Source of the DNA: Bugula neritina
Lineage: Eukaryota > Animalia > Bryozoa
NCBI GenBank assembly: GCA_964035545.1
Contig: OZ037769.1
Coordinates: forward strand, 3,329,929 to 3,393,928
Reading direction: 5' to 3'
DNA: 64,000 nt
The stretch's first letter is position 1, and each line of letters starts with the position of its first letter. The notes under the pieces are model-generated. The model was not told the origin of the DNA and did not search any database. It saw nothing but the letters and a program-made list of their open reading frames with translations. Shown here one piece after another: positions 27,843-41,900 of the stretch. The translations under genes and the position numbers were made by a program.

Positions 27843-30800
27843 ATGAGTCTCGTCTATAGATTATCGGCTCTGCTACTACTTCTCGAGTACAACAAACTCG
27901 TGGTGCTGGGTATCGGCGCCGACAGATTCACACAGAAGAAATGTGAAGAGATTACCATTCCAATGTGCAAGGGCATCGGCTACAACCAGACGTATATGCC
28001 CAATCAGTTTAACCACGACAACCAAGAAGAAGCTGGCATGGAAGTGCACCAGTTCTGGCCACTGGTTGAAATACAGTGCTCTCCTGACTTGCAGTTCTTT
28101 CTCTGCAGCATCTACACACCGATATGTGTGGACAACTACCACAAGCCTCTCCCAGCTTGCCGCAGTGTATGCGAGAGAGCCAAGTCTGGATGCGCCCCTT
28201 TGATGAGACAGTACGGGTTTAACTGGCCTGAGCGGATGAGATGTGAAGATTTGCCCGAGTACGGTGACAGGAAGAACCTATGCATGGACTTCAACACCAC
28301 AGGCACACAGACAACTGCTAAGAAGCCTGTGGCTACTCAGCCTCCTTCTAGAACCTTCCAACCAAAGCCAACTCTGCCAGATCTCAGGGATCTTAGACCA
28401 ACTAAACCAAATATAAAGACTGTAACAGGATTTCCAGGTGAGGTTTTACTGTAACAAGACTTGTTCCAGTCTCAGATCTATAAACGTTTTCATTTTTATG
28501 TTATCTGTGACATCTTCAGAGTTCAGACACCAGTAGCTGACGGTTTGTTTTGGAACTAGTTTTGGTTGGCAGCCATCTATTGCTATCACCTCATAACATG
28601 TCACCAGCATACACAACTATTCCCAAGCCTCAGTGATATCTGTATTCCACATTTTCCTCATTGTGGATATACTTGCTTGTATACTTGCCACATAGACTGG
28701 TGTCAACAATCTGTACAGCAAAAGATAGCTAGAAAGCCACATTTTTGACAAACTAATCACTTAACCTTCCTTTTTCATTTTAAAGCAGTGTTGTAGTACT
28801 TTGTGTCCTAATCTTGTTCAAAACTGGCATTAAACTCTAATTATTGTATCCATTCACATATTAGAGAATAGTCAGTGTTGGCCTGGCATGTGATACAATA
28901 AACAGAACTCTATGAATCATCTATAAACTTACAAACTAAGAGCATGAAGCCACATAACCCACTCACAGGTATAATTCAGTAGTGAAAATACTGAGCACAA
29001 AAAGGCATAGAGTTAATAAGTTGATAAAATAGGTATAATGTCAAGTCAGAGTTGAACTAACAGTACAGTTACATAGTTGGTCTCCACAAAAGTTCAGACC
29101 TAATTAGAGTTGATCAGATCTGCTACTAAACAAAACTGGATACTATTTTTAATCATTTCATTTTCCAAATCTTCCTCATCACCATTGAGTAGGCAACTAC
29201 CACGGCTTACAACTGGTGACCAGTGAATGCAGATGTTTCTAAGCATAATTACTTAATTTCTTTGTTCTCCAGTCTTATGCACTAACAAATTGACATTCAT
29301 TATGTTTATCAAAGATCTACTGTCCCCTGCACACTTCAGGCTCACCACACATCCCCTCCAAAGCCAGTACCAACAGAGACATCAATCATTATGCATATGC
29401 CAACTGCCATCATCAAAATATTCTCATTTTTATCAATTTTCTGTCCACAATGTCAAATTTTTGGTCTCATACATGATTGAAACCTATTTTTAAGGAAATA
29501 TGAATTAAACTGATACTGGCTCACAATTTATGGCAGCTAGTCAGGCATAGCTGATAAAATAAAATGAGGTTTTTAAAGACATGCAGTTCACTAAAGACTG
29601 CTACTAGAATATTTGGTTTCTAATTGAGACCTTCCCAAGTTTGACATTAGGTAGCTTTTTGTTACATATAGTTATCTAAGGAAGAAAAGCCATGCTAGTA
29701 TCTAATATCATTTAATGAACAGATGCAATACTAATGTGTCTAGCAAACACTTGCGCCTTAGAGACCTGCATATGATATATTTTCTTAAAGCAAATAAAGA
29801 GTTATTTGCTTCATTTTAATGATTTTTATAAATACAAGTGTCACAGTATCTATGACAGGGCCTTGGCTTAGTCAATTCATTTATATGTGATGGGGAATCA
29901 ATACTTGGACAGCTACAGGAAATTTCTATCCGTTGAAAATAATAGTATCAGCTATTGGATGAACAGTTTCACAAAAGCAAATGGTTGATGCAAGATTTCT
30001 ACTTGGAGCTGTTTATTTATGCATTAGTGTAAAGATGTTATCATTATTTCTATTTCAATCACTTGCTGACACTTGTAAGTTGATAGTCAAAGTGCAGTGA
30101 CACTTCAAATCTCTCTCTCTATATATAGTATATACGTCATGTGCTTTGTTTGGAGTAAATATTTGGGGCAAATTTACTTGTTTATAAATTAATTTGGTTA
30201 ATGAAGTTAATTCCCTGTTCAAGATAATCAAATTGGCAGAGATGTACACTGACTGAATGTATATATTTGACATGTCAGATAGTTAGAATGTATTCCAGCC
30301 GTGTGTGAGAAGAGAACTTCACTAAACCTATTTTCTGAAAAACCATTTTGGGCTTTCATTCTGTTTCAAATCATTTAAATTTCAACATTTCATGTATAAA
30401 TATATTATTTCAAGTTTATAAACTGTTGAAATTTTGTATTTATAATGCTATTTTGATCTATATTTTGATCGTTTTGTGGTTCACAATCATTTTACTATAA
30501 AAAGTAGTGCAACTTTTCATGTCTTTGAATTTAAGTCGTTTCTTGACCCAATTATAATGCCAAGAATAGCCCCAACCACATAAAACTTGTGAAGTACAGT
30601 TTAAAACACTTGAAAAACAGCTTTCTCTCAACTCAACTGTGTTTAGATACTGTTAACAACTCTGTTAACAGCATCCCCACGCATAGTTCCCACTTCCCTG
30701 CTCACTGTTAGAAAATAAGATTGAGTGAAAGTAAAATATTTACATTGAATGCCACACAGTCAGGTGTACAGGTGTAAATATTATCCCCAGTCAAGACTAA

Positions 30801-32933
30801 TTGCTTCTAAAGTTATTTAACACTGCTTGCTGTGGGCTAGATTTCCTTATATACGTTATTCAGTAGAAGATAAAGCTATGGGCCTGAGGCTAAGGCAAAT
30901 TCTGAAAATACAGCTGATGCTATTAACAGCTGAATTTTAAAAGTCTGGTCTGCTAATAAAATGAAGTTTGTGCATTAGTGAAATACTGTATGAGTTGCAG
31001 ATGTAATGCCGGATTTTACTTGCAGGGTTTGCCGGAGTAGATCCAACTGATTTGCTCAACACTGCTAAACAAGGTGGAGAACCATCTGTTCGACTAGTTA
31101 ATAAGATTCCTTGCTTGAAGAACTGCGGTTGTTGGTCACCTCTTGTCTCTGTAGAAAAAGGTAGAGAACCAAGGCTAAAAATAAAGCATAATACGTTCCA
31201 CAGTATTATCTGTGTTAATTTATTCAGATAGAGACGTTTCACTGATCAATATTGAAAATTTTTCAAATTACCTAATATTATCTAATGATTTATATTGTAG
31301 GCAATGACATTTCTGTAGTATAAAAACCAACAAAAGAGAAATCATTTTTCGTAGTCCGATAACTATTAAACTTGTAATAACTGGGCTGAACTTAGTTATC
31401 TCGAGTTACCAGTGACTAATCAAGTAATCAGAATTTGTATGGCCAAAGGGCATTTGTAATCCTCCGTGAATATTCATTACTGAATTTTGATACATGTGTC
31501 CAAAAATCACTCCTAATAAAGAAAAATATATATGGCCCTGCAGCTATAACAATCTGTCGAAATATAGAGTGTTACTTTCTAAACTTAATTTAATGTAAGC
31601 AGAAAGGACAGTGATTGCACCATATTTGTAATATAAAACACAGCTATATATAGTAATATGTTTCCTTGTACTATCAGTGTTAATTTTCTACACAGTTTGC
31701 AGTTTTGATTTATTTTGAGTCATGATTTTCTAAATTTGTATTTTATCACCAGGTTCCCGACTCTACAATGTAGTGCACACCGGGGGAATAGCCAACTGCG
31801 CTATGAGCTGTAAAGGCATTTACTTCTCTGCAGAAGCGAGGAACTTCACAGTGTTCTGGATAGGTTCTTGGTCTATCCTCTGCTGCATCTCTACCCTGCT
31901 TACCATGATTACGTTCTTTGTTGACATGAAGAGATTCGAGTACCCTGAACGACCAATCATATTCCTCAGTGGTTGCTATCTGATGATTTCTATTGGCTAT
32001 ATCATCAGACTAATTGCCGGACAGGAAGCAGTGGCCTGCAACGGGGACACTATTCGGTATCAAACCACCGGCCCTGCCCTTTGTACTATTGTATTTCTTC
32101 TGATATACTTCTTTGGAATGGCTTCCTCCATCTGGTGGGTCATTCTCAGTTTCACTTGGTTTCTAGCAGCAGGACTAAAATGGGGTCAGGAAGCTATTGC
32201 TAAGTATTCTCAATACTTTCACCTCGTAGCCTGGTTAATACCGTCTATTAAAGCAGTGACTATTCTAGCTACTAGTAATATAGATGGGGACCAGATCTCA
32301 GGGATCTGCTATGTTGGCAATCAGAACCTTACCAATTTACGAGGCTTTGTCATCGCACCTTTAATATTATACTTGCTGTTAGGGACTTCATTTTTATTGG
32401 CTGGTTTTGTCAGTTTGTTTAGAATTCGTGATGCTATACGACAACAGGGTCATCAGAGAACTGAAAAGTTAGAAAAACTTATGATTCGAATTGGGGTATT
32501 CTCGGTGCTGTATACCGTCCCAGCCACCATAGTAATAGCTTGCTTATTCTATGAGCAGCACTTCCGGGAAAAGTGGAATCGTACAAAAACATGCCCCTGT
32601 AGCAACCTTGGTGCTGAGCCCGATTATTCAGTATTTATGTTAAAATATTTCATGTGCCTAGCTGTAGGTATAACATCAGGCTTCTGGGTATGGTCTAGCA
32701 AAACACTAACATCATGGCGTACATTGTGCTCTAAAATATGTTGCTGCCAAAATACTGAGGAAAGAACTAAATATTCGACAGTGACATACACAACCACTAC
32801 GGCACTGGCAGCACCCGCTCCTAACACTGCCTTAGGTGCTGCTAAAGGAATTCATACTACAGTCAGCTATCCGACAGTGCCTAGTATAAAGGGCAGCAGT
32901 GGAACTGTAAGTCGCCCACCCAGTCATGTTTAG
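27843..32933 (+). CDS. FZD5/8: Frizzled-5/8 Wnt receptor
   Basis: Exon 27843-28437 has a signal-like segment and the CRD ([44 protein letters not shown]). Exon 31026-31160 is the linker ([10 protein letters not shown]). Exon 31753-32933 has the 7TM region ([30 protein letters not shown]), the Dishevelled-binding KTLTSW motif and a C-terminal PDZ ligand SHV. Both introns are phase 1. Confidence 0.95.
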
Positions 32934-35929
32934 ACAATCTTGTTTCATGGTCAATTTGTCGATGACTCCAGGCTAACTCAACTTGAAAATCACATTCAAT
33001 AGATCACAGCAGTTCATTGCGCCTTAAGCTATTCTTATGCTGATACTTAACATAGTAATTTTGTATGAGGGCAAGGTTCTCCGTGAAGACATCACTGATT
33101 AACTTGCTTTTCTTTGGTGCGTGTGATGTCCTTACTAATAAAAAATATAGTATCCCAATGCAGTGACACTTGGTTTATGAAGTATTTTGCACTGCAAAGG
33201 AGCAGAAGACGTCCAAGACTACTCATGAGGCTGAATAAAACAAGAATATTATTTTTCATGTTTGCTCTATAAAGAACTGGAGGTTTATCTGTCTGTAATG
33301 AAAACTAATCTAGATTTTTGTTGGCAGTTACCAAGTGACTAATGGCTAAACTAACTGCTTATAACCTGTTGTCAAATCATGAAATAATGTCCTAACAAGA
33401 GGCGTAAGCGACACAGCCAGGATGAGGTGTTGACTGGCTGTTGAGATGAACTGGCCTTCAATCATATACTATACACATTTAATTAAGTAAATTATAAACA
33501 ATTTTATTGATTTATGCTGTTTGAGAACGTTACTATCATTGTGAACTGTGTACAATACTCTCTTTTGTTTGCTATATCGATACTGAAGAGTTTTAATTAT
33601 TTATTTCACTTTTTTTGTATATATATATATAAATATATAATATGCCCTAGTGTATAGAAAGAAAAAGAATTATTTTTAGTGCTTCTTTTGTTGTGAAATA
33701 AACTTCTGAACAACTTAGTTGTCAATGTAATCAATAATCCTAGCTTGAAAGATTTCTTGTTACTAGTCTAAAGAAGAGACAAGTCAAGAGTCAATGTGTT
33801 TTATATCAAAACACTGTGCGTATCCTTCCAGATGTAAGCATCCTCCAACCATCACATAAGGCATGTCCTCCACTGTGTGCAATGAGAAGTTGTAGTGTCC
33901 ACAAAATAAATAATTGGAACTTGTCATCTCCCAACACTTACAACCATTTAGTCAGTACCCAACCCAACCCATAACAACCTGTGCGCAGTTAAACATGCTC
34001 TGCGCATACAATGCATGCACATCCTATTTCTTGCTACTATGGCAAGTCTTATTAGTTTTCTAGATAAGATAACTCTATGTAATTATTAAAAGGTCAAGTT
34101 TTATGCAACAGCATAAAAAGAGTTTTCAACACTATAATAGGTAAATTAATTATATAACACATATAGACATATATTGTAGACTTCAGCGTATACCGAAACT
34201 ATATAAATATTTTAAAACATGCATCTTTTGAGCAATAGTAATGTACAAGAAATTGAAGGTTTTTGCAATGTTTGAGTTTTGGAGCGTAATAATCATATAA
34301 GCAGTTCCTCATCATTGAATTCTAAACCAGCCTCTTCACACAAGGCACATGTCAGTAACACTAATCATTGGTATTTATAAAGTAATGACTGAATGAAATA
34401 GAAACTGTAAACACTGAATTACTTTTGTTTGATTAACAAGCAAATTTCCATTCATAACTGTGTTTTAATCTCTTATAGTCCAGCTAAAAGTATAGGATGT
34501 CATTCAAGTTAAACGGCATAAAAACATATTTACCTGCGCACCAAGATGTTGATTCAAAACATAAATAAAAGGAAACTCTATAGTCTAGAGTTTAGTCTCA
34601 TCAGTTAGCAGGTTAAAACTAAAGAGCTGGAGGTAGCCTGCAGGTAAATGTCCAGATATTACCTAGTAAGTGGGTCATTGAACTTTTAAACCAGATGAAG
34701 TCTGAAAATGCACATATGATTGAACAACTGGAACAACATTGTCATATGGAAGCTATACTGTATGCCTAATATGCCTGTTATATTAAATATTATTTAATAA
34801 ATATAAATTTTTAACCTATTAATAGTTCATATTTCAAAGTTTGTATCTATTAAAATAAATAGATAGCAAAATAATTGACTTGTGTTATTTCCACATTTGC
34901 TTCACTGTAAATGCATGCCAGTTCCTAATACCGAATAATTATATAAAACTACGTGTGAAGTAAAATAGTGAGGCCCTTTACTGTAAGAAAGGGAAAGTGC
35001 GTTGTGCGTATTGCAGAAACCCAAGATGTCACAACAAAGGATGAAACAGTCCTGAACAGGTTTGCCTATTGTTGCTTTTTCTATGTGTAGAGCTCTTTGG
35101 TTTCTAGTGGTTACTCGTGACACAGACATTCTATACGAGTGTCTGCTTCGAGTGTTGTTGAGAGTTGAAGTGTGTACCCAGGTAACGGCAAAGCTAGCAT
35201 TCTGTGGGATTGCCATCAGCACTCTAAACACTTCAGCAGCTCAATTTACATTAAACTTATCGATTTTAGATGCATAGAATTCAAAACTCTTATGTAGGAG
35301 AGATGCAATCTGGTTTGAATATAAATAAAACGGTTATTATATAACTTTCTAAGAAATAATGGAGTAGCGTGCTGTGCTGTAATTACAAACATAATTATTG
35401 CTCACAATTATCATAATGAACCGTCTGTGGAAAGGAATTAAACCTCACTTCCACAATGAACTAAAAGTTAGTAAAATCCATAGAAAACATTTTATTCATA
35501 AAGTAAAAACTTTAGCAAATATATGAAGAATAGGTTTGTTACTTCAGGCATAGTATGAAGTTTAGGAGAGATCCTAAATGAAAATAATCACCAAGACTCA
35601 AGATTCTTACTAGCTTGAAAAGGCAAAAAATATTGTTTAAATTTTATACACTTTCATTCAGAAAAATATTTTCCTTGTGCTTATTAAAATCACAAATCAA
35701 ATAAACCAACTACCATTCTGGTTGTTATATAATGTAAAAAAGTAATCATTTAATTAAAAACAATGAAAAACGCTTTTAAATTCAACTTCTTTCAAAAGTT
35801 GGTAATTCTCATAATTTGTCAAACTCTAGCTTCCCATATCCATTTTTTCATTGCTATAAAGCCATCCATTGCTGTGCTAAGTGAGCAGCCTACACAGTAT
35901 CTGTATTATCCCTGGTTTATTAATAGTAT

Positions 35930-38900
35930 TCACTTGACAATAGCAGCAGGGGGCATAACTCCCGTATACTTTTTAGACAGCTTATTTATCAAAACCTGGG
36001 TGGTATGAACATCTTCGCTGGTGGTCTTGATAAAACTCTGACTATAAAATAAGTTATATTATTTAATCGCAATGATGTCTAAATATAAATTATTGCGTAT
36101 TAGATACTTGGAAACTTTCCATGCACTGTTGATGTCAATGTATAGTATAAAATGTAATATAAGCTTAAAACACTGAATGATAAAACTAGGAACAGAAATA
36201 TTTAGTGGCAGTGTTTAGTGGATGGAAACATGATGTTACATAGAGAAGATAACTTTGCTCTATTAGATTATTAGAATAGAAGATGCCTTTAACAGTACAA
36301 GCAACAAGTGCACATCAAAGAGTTTAAAGGCAGATAAAAGTGAATGCAGTTGAAGCTGCAGCAGATAAAACAGATTAGTTAACTTATAGTATGTCAATAT
36401 TACAAGGTTCACATATGTATTATTGTATTACTGTAATTTATTATAATGCAATACTTTTCATTGTATATTTTCATTGTAGTATGTAGTAAGTTGTTATAGT
36501 AATTTTTTTATACTGTTTTATTATTATTTGTATTACTACTATTTATTGTTGTACTTCGCTATGATGTATTATATATTGTGTTGATATACTATATATAACT
36601 GTATTATTACAGTGAATAATTACATTATATTGTAATACTCTTATGTACTATACACTAACATTTACAATGAACGACCTTCACATGACAAAAAGTAGAAGAA
36701 AACTCCTACTTGAAAATATAGTTCACTACTGATAGTAGATTGATTTATTTTTTAAAATATTTTTGTAATGCAAATGACTCGAGGTAAGCTGTATGAGGCT
36801 GAAGCAAGTTTCAGGATATGAAATTAAGTAAACATTGTATTTAAGCTTATTTGAGTTAAAAAGCATGTTTTACCCAATTTTCATGCAGTCAACACTCTGA
36901 AATAAACTGTGAAAGGCTCAGATAAAATCCCTGTATTTAAATAATGGCCTTTATACAATTTTCAAACAACCATCATATTTCTATGCGGCCATTAATTAGG
37001 TTTTTGAAGCTAATTTTAATGAATAGAATAAAGTTGAATCATAATCTTTACTGACTTAATTTTTTAATACTGCAACTAATTAATATTAAATGGAATTTTT
37101 GTGGAAAATAGTTTAAATTGTCTCCCTCTTCATACAGAGAGGAGACAACTGAACGAATCAATTTTGTTCAAGTAGCAGTAGTTTGCTATTCAATTTACAC
37201 TACTTCGGATTAAAAGTATATAGACTAATTTTTCACAGTAATTAAAAGATAAAAAGCACCAAGAAAGTCTGCAAGTCAAGCAAGATTGTGTTTATTACAT
37301 TTTCCTTGACATTTAGGATATTGCAATAGGTATTATCATTTAAATATTTATATATATATATATTAGTCTACTAAATTTTATTTTTAAATGAAAAATTAGA
37401 TTACTTAGAGAAAACTGTGATTAGTAAACAGAAACAGTTAGATCACTATGCTGCCAACAAACACATTTACGCTGCCATAGTTGAACTATGTCAATGTAGT
37501 AGTAAATGTGTTTAAGGCAACTTATAGACAAGAATATAGTTCGCTATAAAACATAAATAATTGAACCTGCTGTTTATTACAGAGTTTTAAGTAACTCTAT
37601 AACATTTTCCAACCTGGAAACAAAATTAAAAACGCTCAATAATTAGAATAAACCTTTGCTGAAATACATTGACTAACAGTTACTAATTTAACTAGATATG
37701 ATTTAGTGATGTTTTATAGTATGTGTTAGTGTGTTGCAGGTATAGCAAGCTAATCTCTTAGTAAAATAAATAAAATTACTTTTACTTAAAATAAATATTA
37801 TGTTGCTACTGAATCATTATATTTGGTATTTTTAGAAATACATTTTTTTTGGATAAAATCATTGAGTAGTTCTAAAAATTGGCATTTCTCTTTCTTAAAA
37901 TTAAGAAAAAACTCAAAAAAAACCGATGCCTGATCATGAAGCTTTACAAGACTTAATTTATTTTCCCACTCTGTTGATATAAACTTGTTAGTCGCTTCAA
38001 TAAAACATTATAAATATGAATCTCACCCGATCTGGTACTCGAATGTGGACACAGAATCAGGGGACTGGCAGTCACTTCTCCGATCTATTCGGGGCATACT
38101 GGGTGTCGTACCCGGGCTACCATATTTATCCACTCCTGCGCCACCAATTTGACCTCCCCAGGGTGATCGCAAACCCTGGCGACCTTTCTGTGGGCTAAAA
38201 ATAGATTGAAGATTGTTTTCAGCATTTTAATACTAGCAACATATTACAACCAGTTTGAGTAGAGTACACTATAGAACTCTCAATAATACTGATGTTGTAT
38301 ATTTGTATAATATGACAAGATATATGGTATATTATAGTTATAACATGACAAGATATATGGTATATTATAGTTATAATATGACAAGATATATGGTATATTA
38401 TAGTTATAATATGCGAAGATATATGGTATATTATAGTTATAATATGACAAGATATATGGTATATTATAGTTATAATATGACAAGATATATGGTATAATAT
38501 AGTTATAATATGATAAGATATATGGTATATTATAGTTATAATATGACAAGATATATGGTATATTATAGTTATATTATGAGAAGATATATGGTATATTATA
38601 GTTATAATATGAGAAGATATATGGTATATTATAGTTATAATATGACAAGATTTATGGTATATTAAAAGTATAATATGACAAGATATATGGTATATTAAAA
38701 GTATAATATGACAAGATATATGGTATATTATAGTTATAATATGAGAAGATATATGGTATATTATAGTTATAATATGAGAAGATATATGGTATATTATAGT
38801 TATAATATGAGAAGATATATGGTATATTATAGTAATAATATGAGAAGATATATGGTATATTATAGTTATAATATGAGAAGATATATGGTATATTATAGTT

Positions 38901-41900
38901 ATAATATGACAAGATATATGGTATATTATAGTTATAATATGACAAGATATACGGTATATTATAGTTATAATATGAGTTATTGGTGAGCCAATAAACACAT
39001 TTTGTTAAAATACCTGAATTTAAAATCCCGAGGCAGAGAGAACCCCCTAAAAGCCAACTTTCTACAATCAACCAACTGTTTCTGGAAGTCCTTCTTGGCG
39101 TTCCCATAACCATTGAATATGTGATCGCAGAATATGAGTTTACCTGACTGAAATATCTGTTAAAACAAATAAAACATTGAAACTCAGTTTCCAGCAGCCC
39201 AACTCAACAAAACATAACGTGATAGAAACTAAATAAAAAACTCAGGCAAGTTTATAGTTGCCATCCCTGTGAGAACCCTTGATGGAAAAGTTCTTTTTGT
39301 TAAATTGGGCTAAACACTTATTCAGATGAGGCACAGGAGCAATTATGACTAGATGCTCTTCCTAACATCACCAATAGCCTATGTCGGGGTTCGAGCCCAT
39401 GACTCCGTGTTTACTACGCAAACGCTCTAACCCCTAGACTACAGCTGCTCATGATAGAAACTAAATTCAATCAATATAAAAAGCTCAAACTAAAAAGTGT
39501 TTAGTACTGAATCTCAACACTTTTTACTAAAAAGTGCGGCACTTACCAAAAACATGCCCGGCACAGCATTGTGTCTAGCTAGGAGCAGAGGCTGTGTGTG
39601 GTCCGTGTCAAAGTAGGCAGTGACGACGTCATATCTGAAGAGACGGTAAGTATCGGCCCTGGACTGCATGCAGGTGTGAGCCCGGTTTGAGTTACGGTCT
39701 GAATGCAGTCTATCCAACATCTCTCCGCCTTCATTCTCATTAGGGAATCTACAGGAAGTGTATTGATCGAACTTTCATTATCTAGTAACACATAAATATA
39801 TAGATTGTTATTAAATTTAAACTTTTTGAAGTCAATAATTAAAATAACCAACTTTAAACTTGTTTATATTAATTAGAAAAAACAATATGGTAACGGTGGC
39901 TATCAAGTTATCTCCTCATGCTTAGGCATTAATTAATGAGTTCTAGATTTTCGTTTCAAAGGTCAGCGCGCAAGTGTTTGAACTTTTAAACGTTTAATTT
40001 CTTGAATTAATAAAAAATTTACAACTACATAAACATCTACAACTACTATACACACAATTGGTCATAATAATTGAACTGCTTACAAAGAAGAGACTATCGA
40101 AATGACAATCAGCTGCTTTCTTGGCACGATTCGAGTTATGAATGTTTCCAGTTCTATATCTGTGATGTAAGGAACCCTTCTTTTATTACACTTGCAGACG
40201 TGTGGGCCTACAGAGTATATAATACACTACACTGTATGTAATACACTACACTGTATGCAATATACTACACTGTATGTAATACACTACATAGTATGTAATA
40301 CACTAAACTGTATGTAATACACTATAATGTATATAATACACTACACTGTATATAATACACTACACTGTATGTAATACACTACACTGTATGTAATACACTA
40401 CACTGTATGTTATACACTACACTGTATGTAATACACTACACTGTATGTAATACACTACACTGTATGTAATACACTACACTGTATGTAATACACTACACTA
40501 CATGTAAAAATAGAATACAAGTACCTGTATGTATAGCATACATATTTTTACATGCTTATAGTCAGAAAAACTAACTTGTTATCCTATATATTCAGCTAAA
40601 CTAATATGTTAATTCTAGAATATTTCAGAACTTGAAGCAAATAGGCTGCTTATCTATTTAAATTTTAGTAGAATTAATTTGCTGCAATTTTATCAAAAGG
40701 TACTTGCTAATAAATGTGTTTAATCAGTACTATGATTTTTATCAACAAATTTTCCAAAAATTCTGACAACCCAAATGAAAAACAGCAAACATTTGAATTA
40801 ATGGCTGCAACATAATAAGATTACAATATAATTGAGTAAAATTGAATAAAACATAGTTTGAGTTTAAAATCTTTGAAGATATGGTAATTCCAACATACAT
40901 TTTCTAAGCAAAGTACATTTTGGAGTTACTTTTCCCTTCAAACTTCTGTCAACCCATTATCAACTGCATGGAGTTGCAGGAGAGATAACTCTAAACTTCT
41001 ACAAACCTGATATAGTATAGCCTAGTAGCTGATTTCTCAACGCCACGGGACACTGATAGTGATTGGCTACTGTCCACTCTGACATGAGACCTTGAAGAGT
41101 GGGTGTGTCCGATGATACAATGGACTTTTCACCTTGAGTGGGTAACTTCACTGTAGTGATGCTAGTTTTAGGCACTCGTCTGAAATAGTCAAGTAACGCT
41201 TACAGTTTAAGAAGCTTTTTGAGAAAAGAGATAAACTAAAGCAAGCAAATGTGATGTGAGAGAAACAAGTGGCTACTAGTGAAAATGTAACAGTTTCAAA
41301 ATGACTGCTAACTCTCAGATTAGCTGGTGGCCAAATAAGCATTGGTTATATTTTTCTTTATTCACCCTTATGAACTAGTAACTTGTTACAATAAATAAAC
41401 TAAAAGCATATGTTTTTATTTACTACTTCATTTATCTAAACATTTTTGTTTATACTTTGTAGAAATTATTGTTTTCAGCAACAACATAGAAATGTATAGA
41501 CTAAAATAAACAACAATGGTGCTGACAAAAACAATCAATGCATATTATAAAATAAAATTTGAAAAAAATACTAACAATGTATTTGATGAACTCTTTTCTC
41601 GAGCAGATAGTCGTGGTGCTAACAATTCCTGGCCTATCTCCGTAGGATAGATCCATGAACCAAACCCTAAAAGAAGGCAAAAAGTCCAAAGCTATATATA
41701 CAGTATCTGCAATAAACTCTAAAAATATTAGTAAAATAGTACTTATTATTAGGTTAAACACCTAGAAACTACCACCTTTAACATTATGCAATATAATAAT
41801 TTGTCTAGTCATTCTTTAAATGTAGCTATAAGTTTCTATAAATGTTGCGTAATAAGTAAATAATAGGCCAATCAAGTGCTGACTAGCTGCTAACTACCTG

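Noticed and set aside
30937-31242. Minus-strand 101-aa ORF
   Set aside because: Antisense shadow of frizzled exon 2.
34902-35277. Overlapping 109-aa and 71-aa ORFs between FZD5/8 and the FAM194 gene
   Set aside because: No recognisable motifs and could not be joined to either gene model.
38219-39113. Repetitive ORFs, and a CRISPR-like periodic appearance
   Set aside because: Tandem 33-mer with no unique spacers, intronic, eukaryotic context, no cas genes.
39390-39450. Possible tRNA gene
   Set aside because: Degenerate cloverleaf followed by a repeated core, so it is a SINE head.
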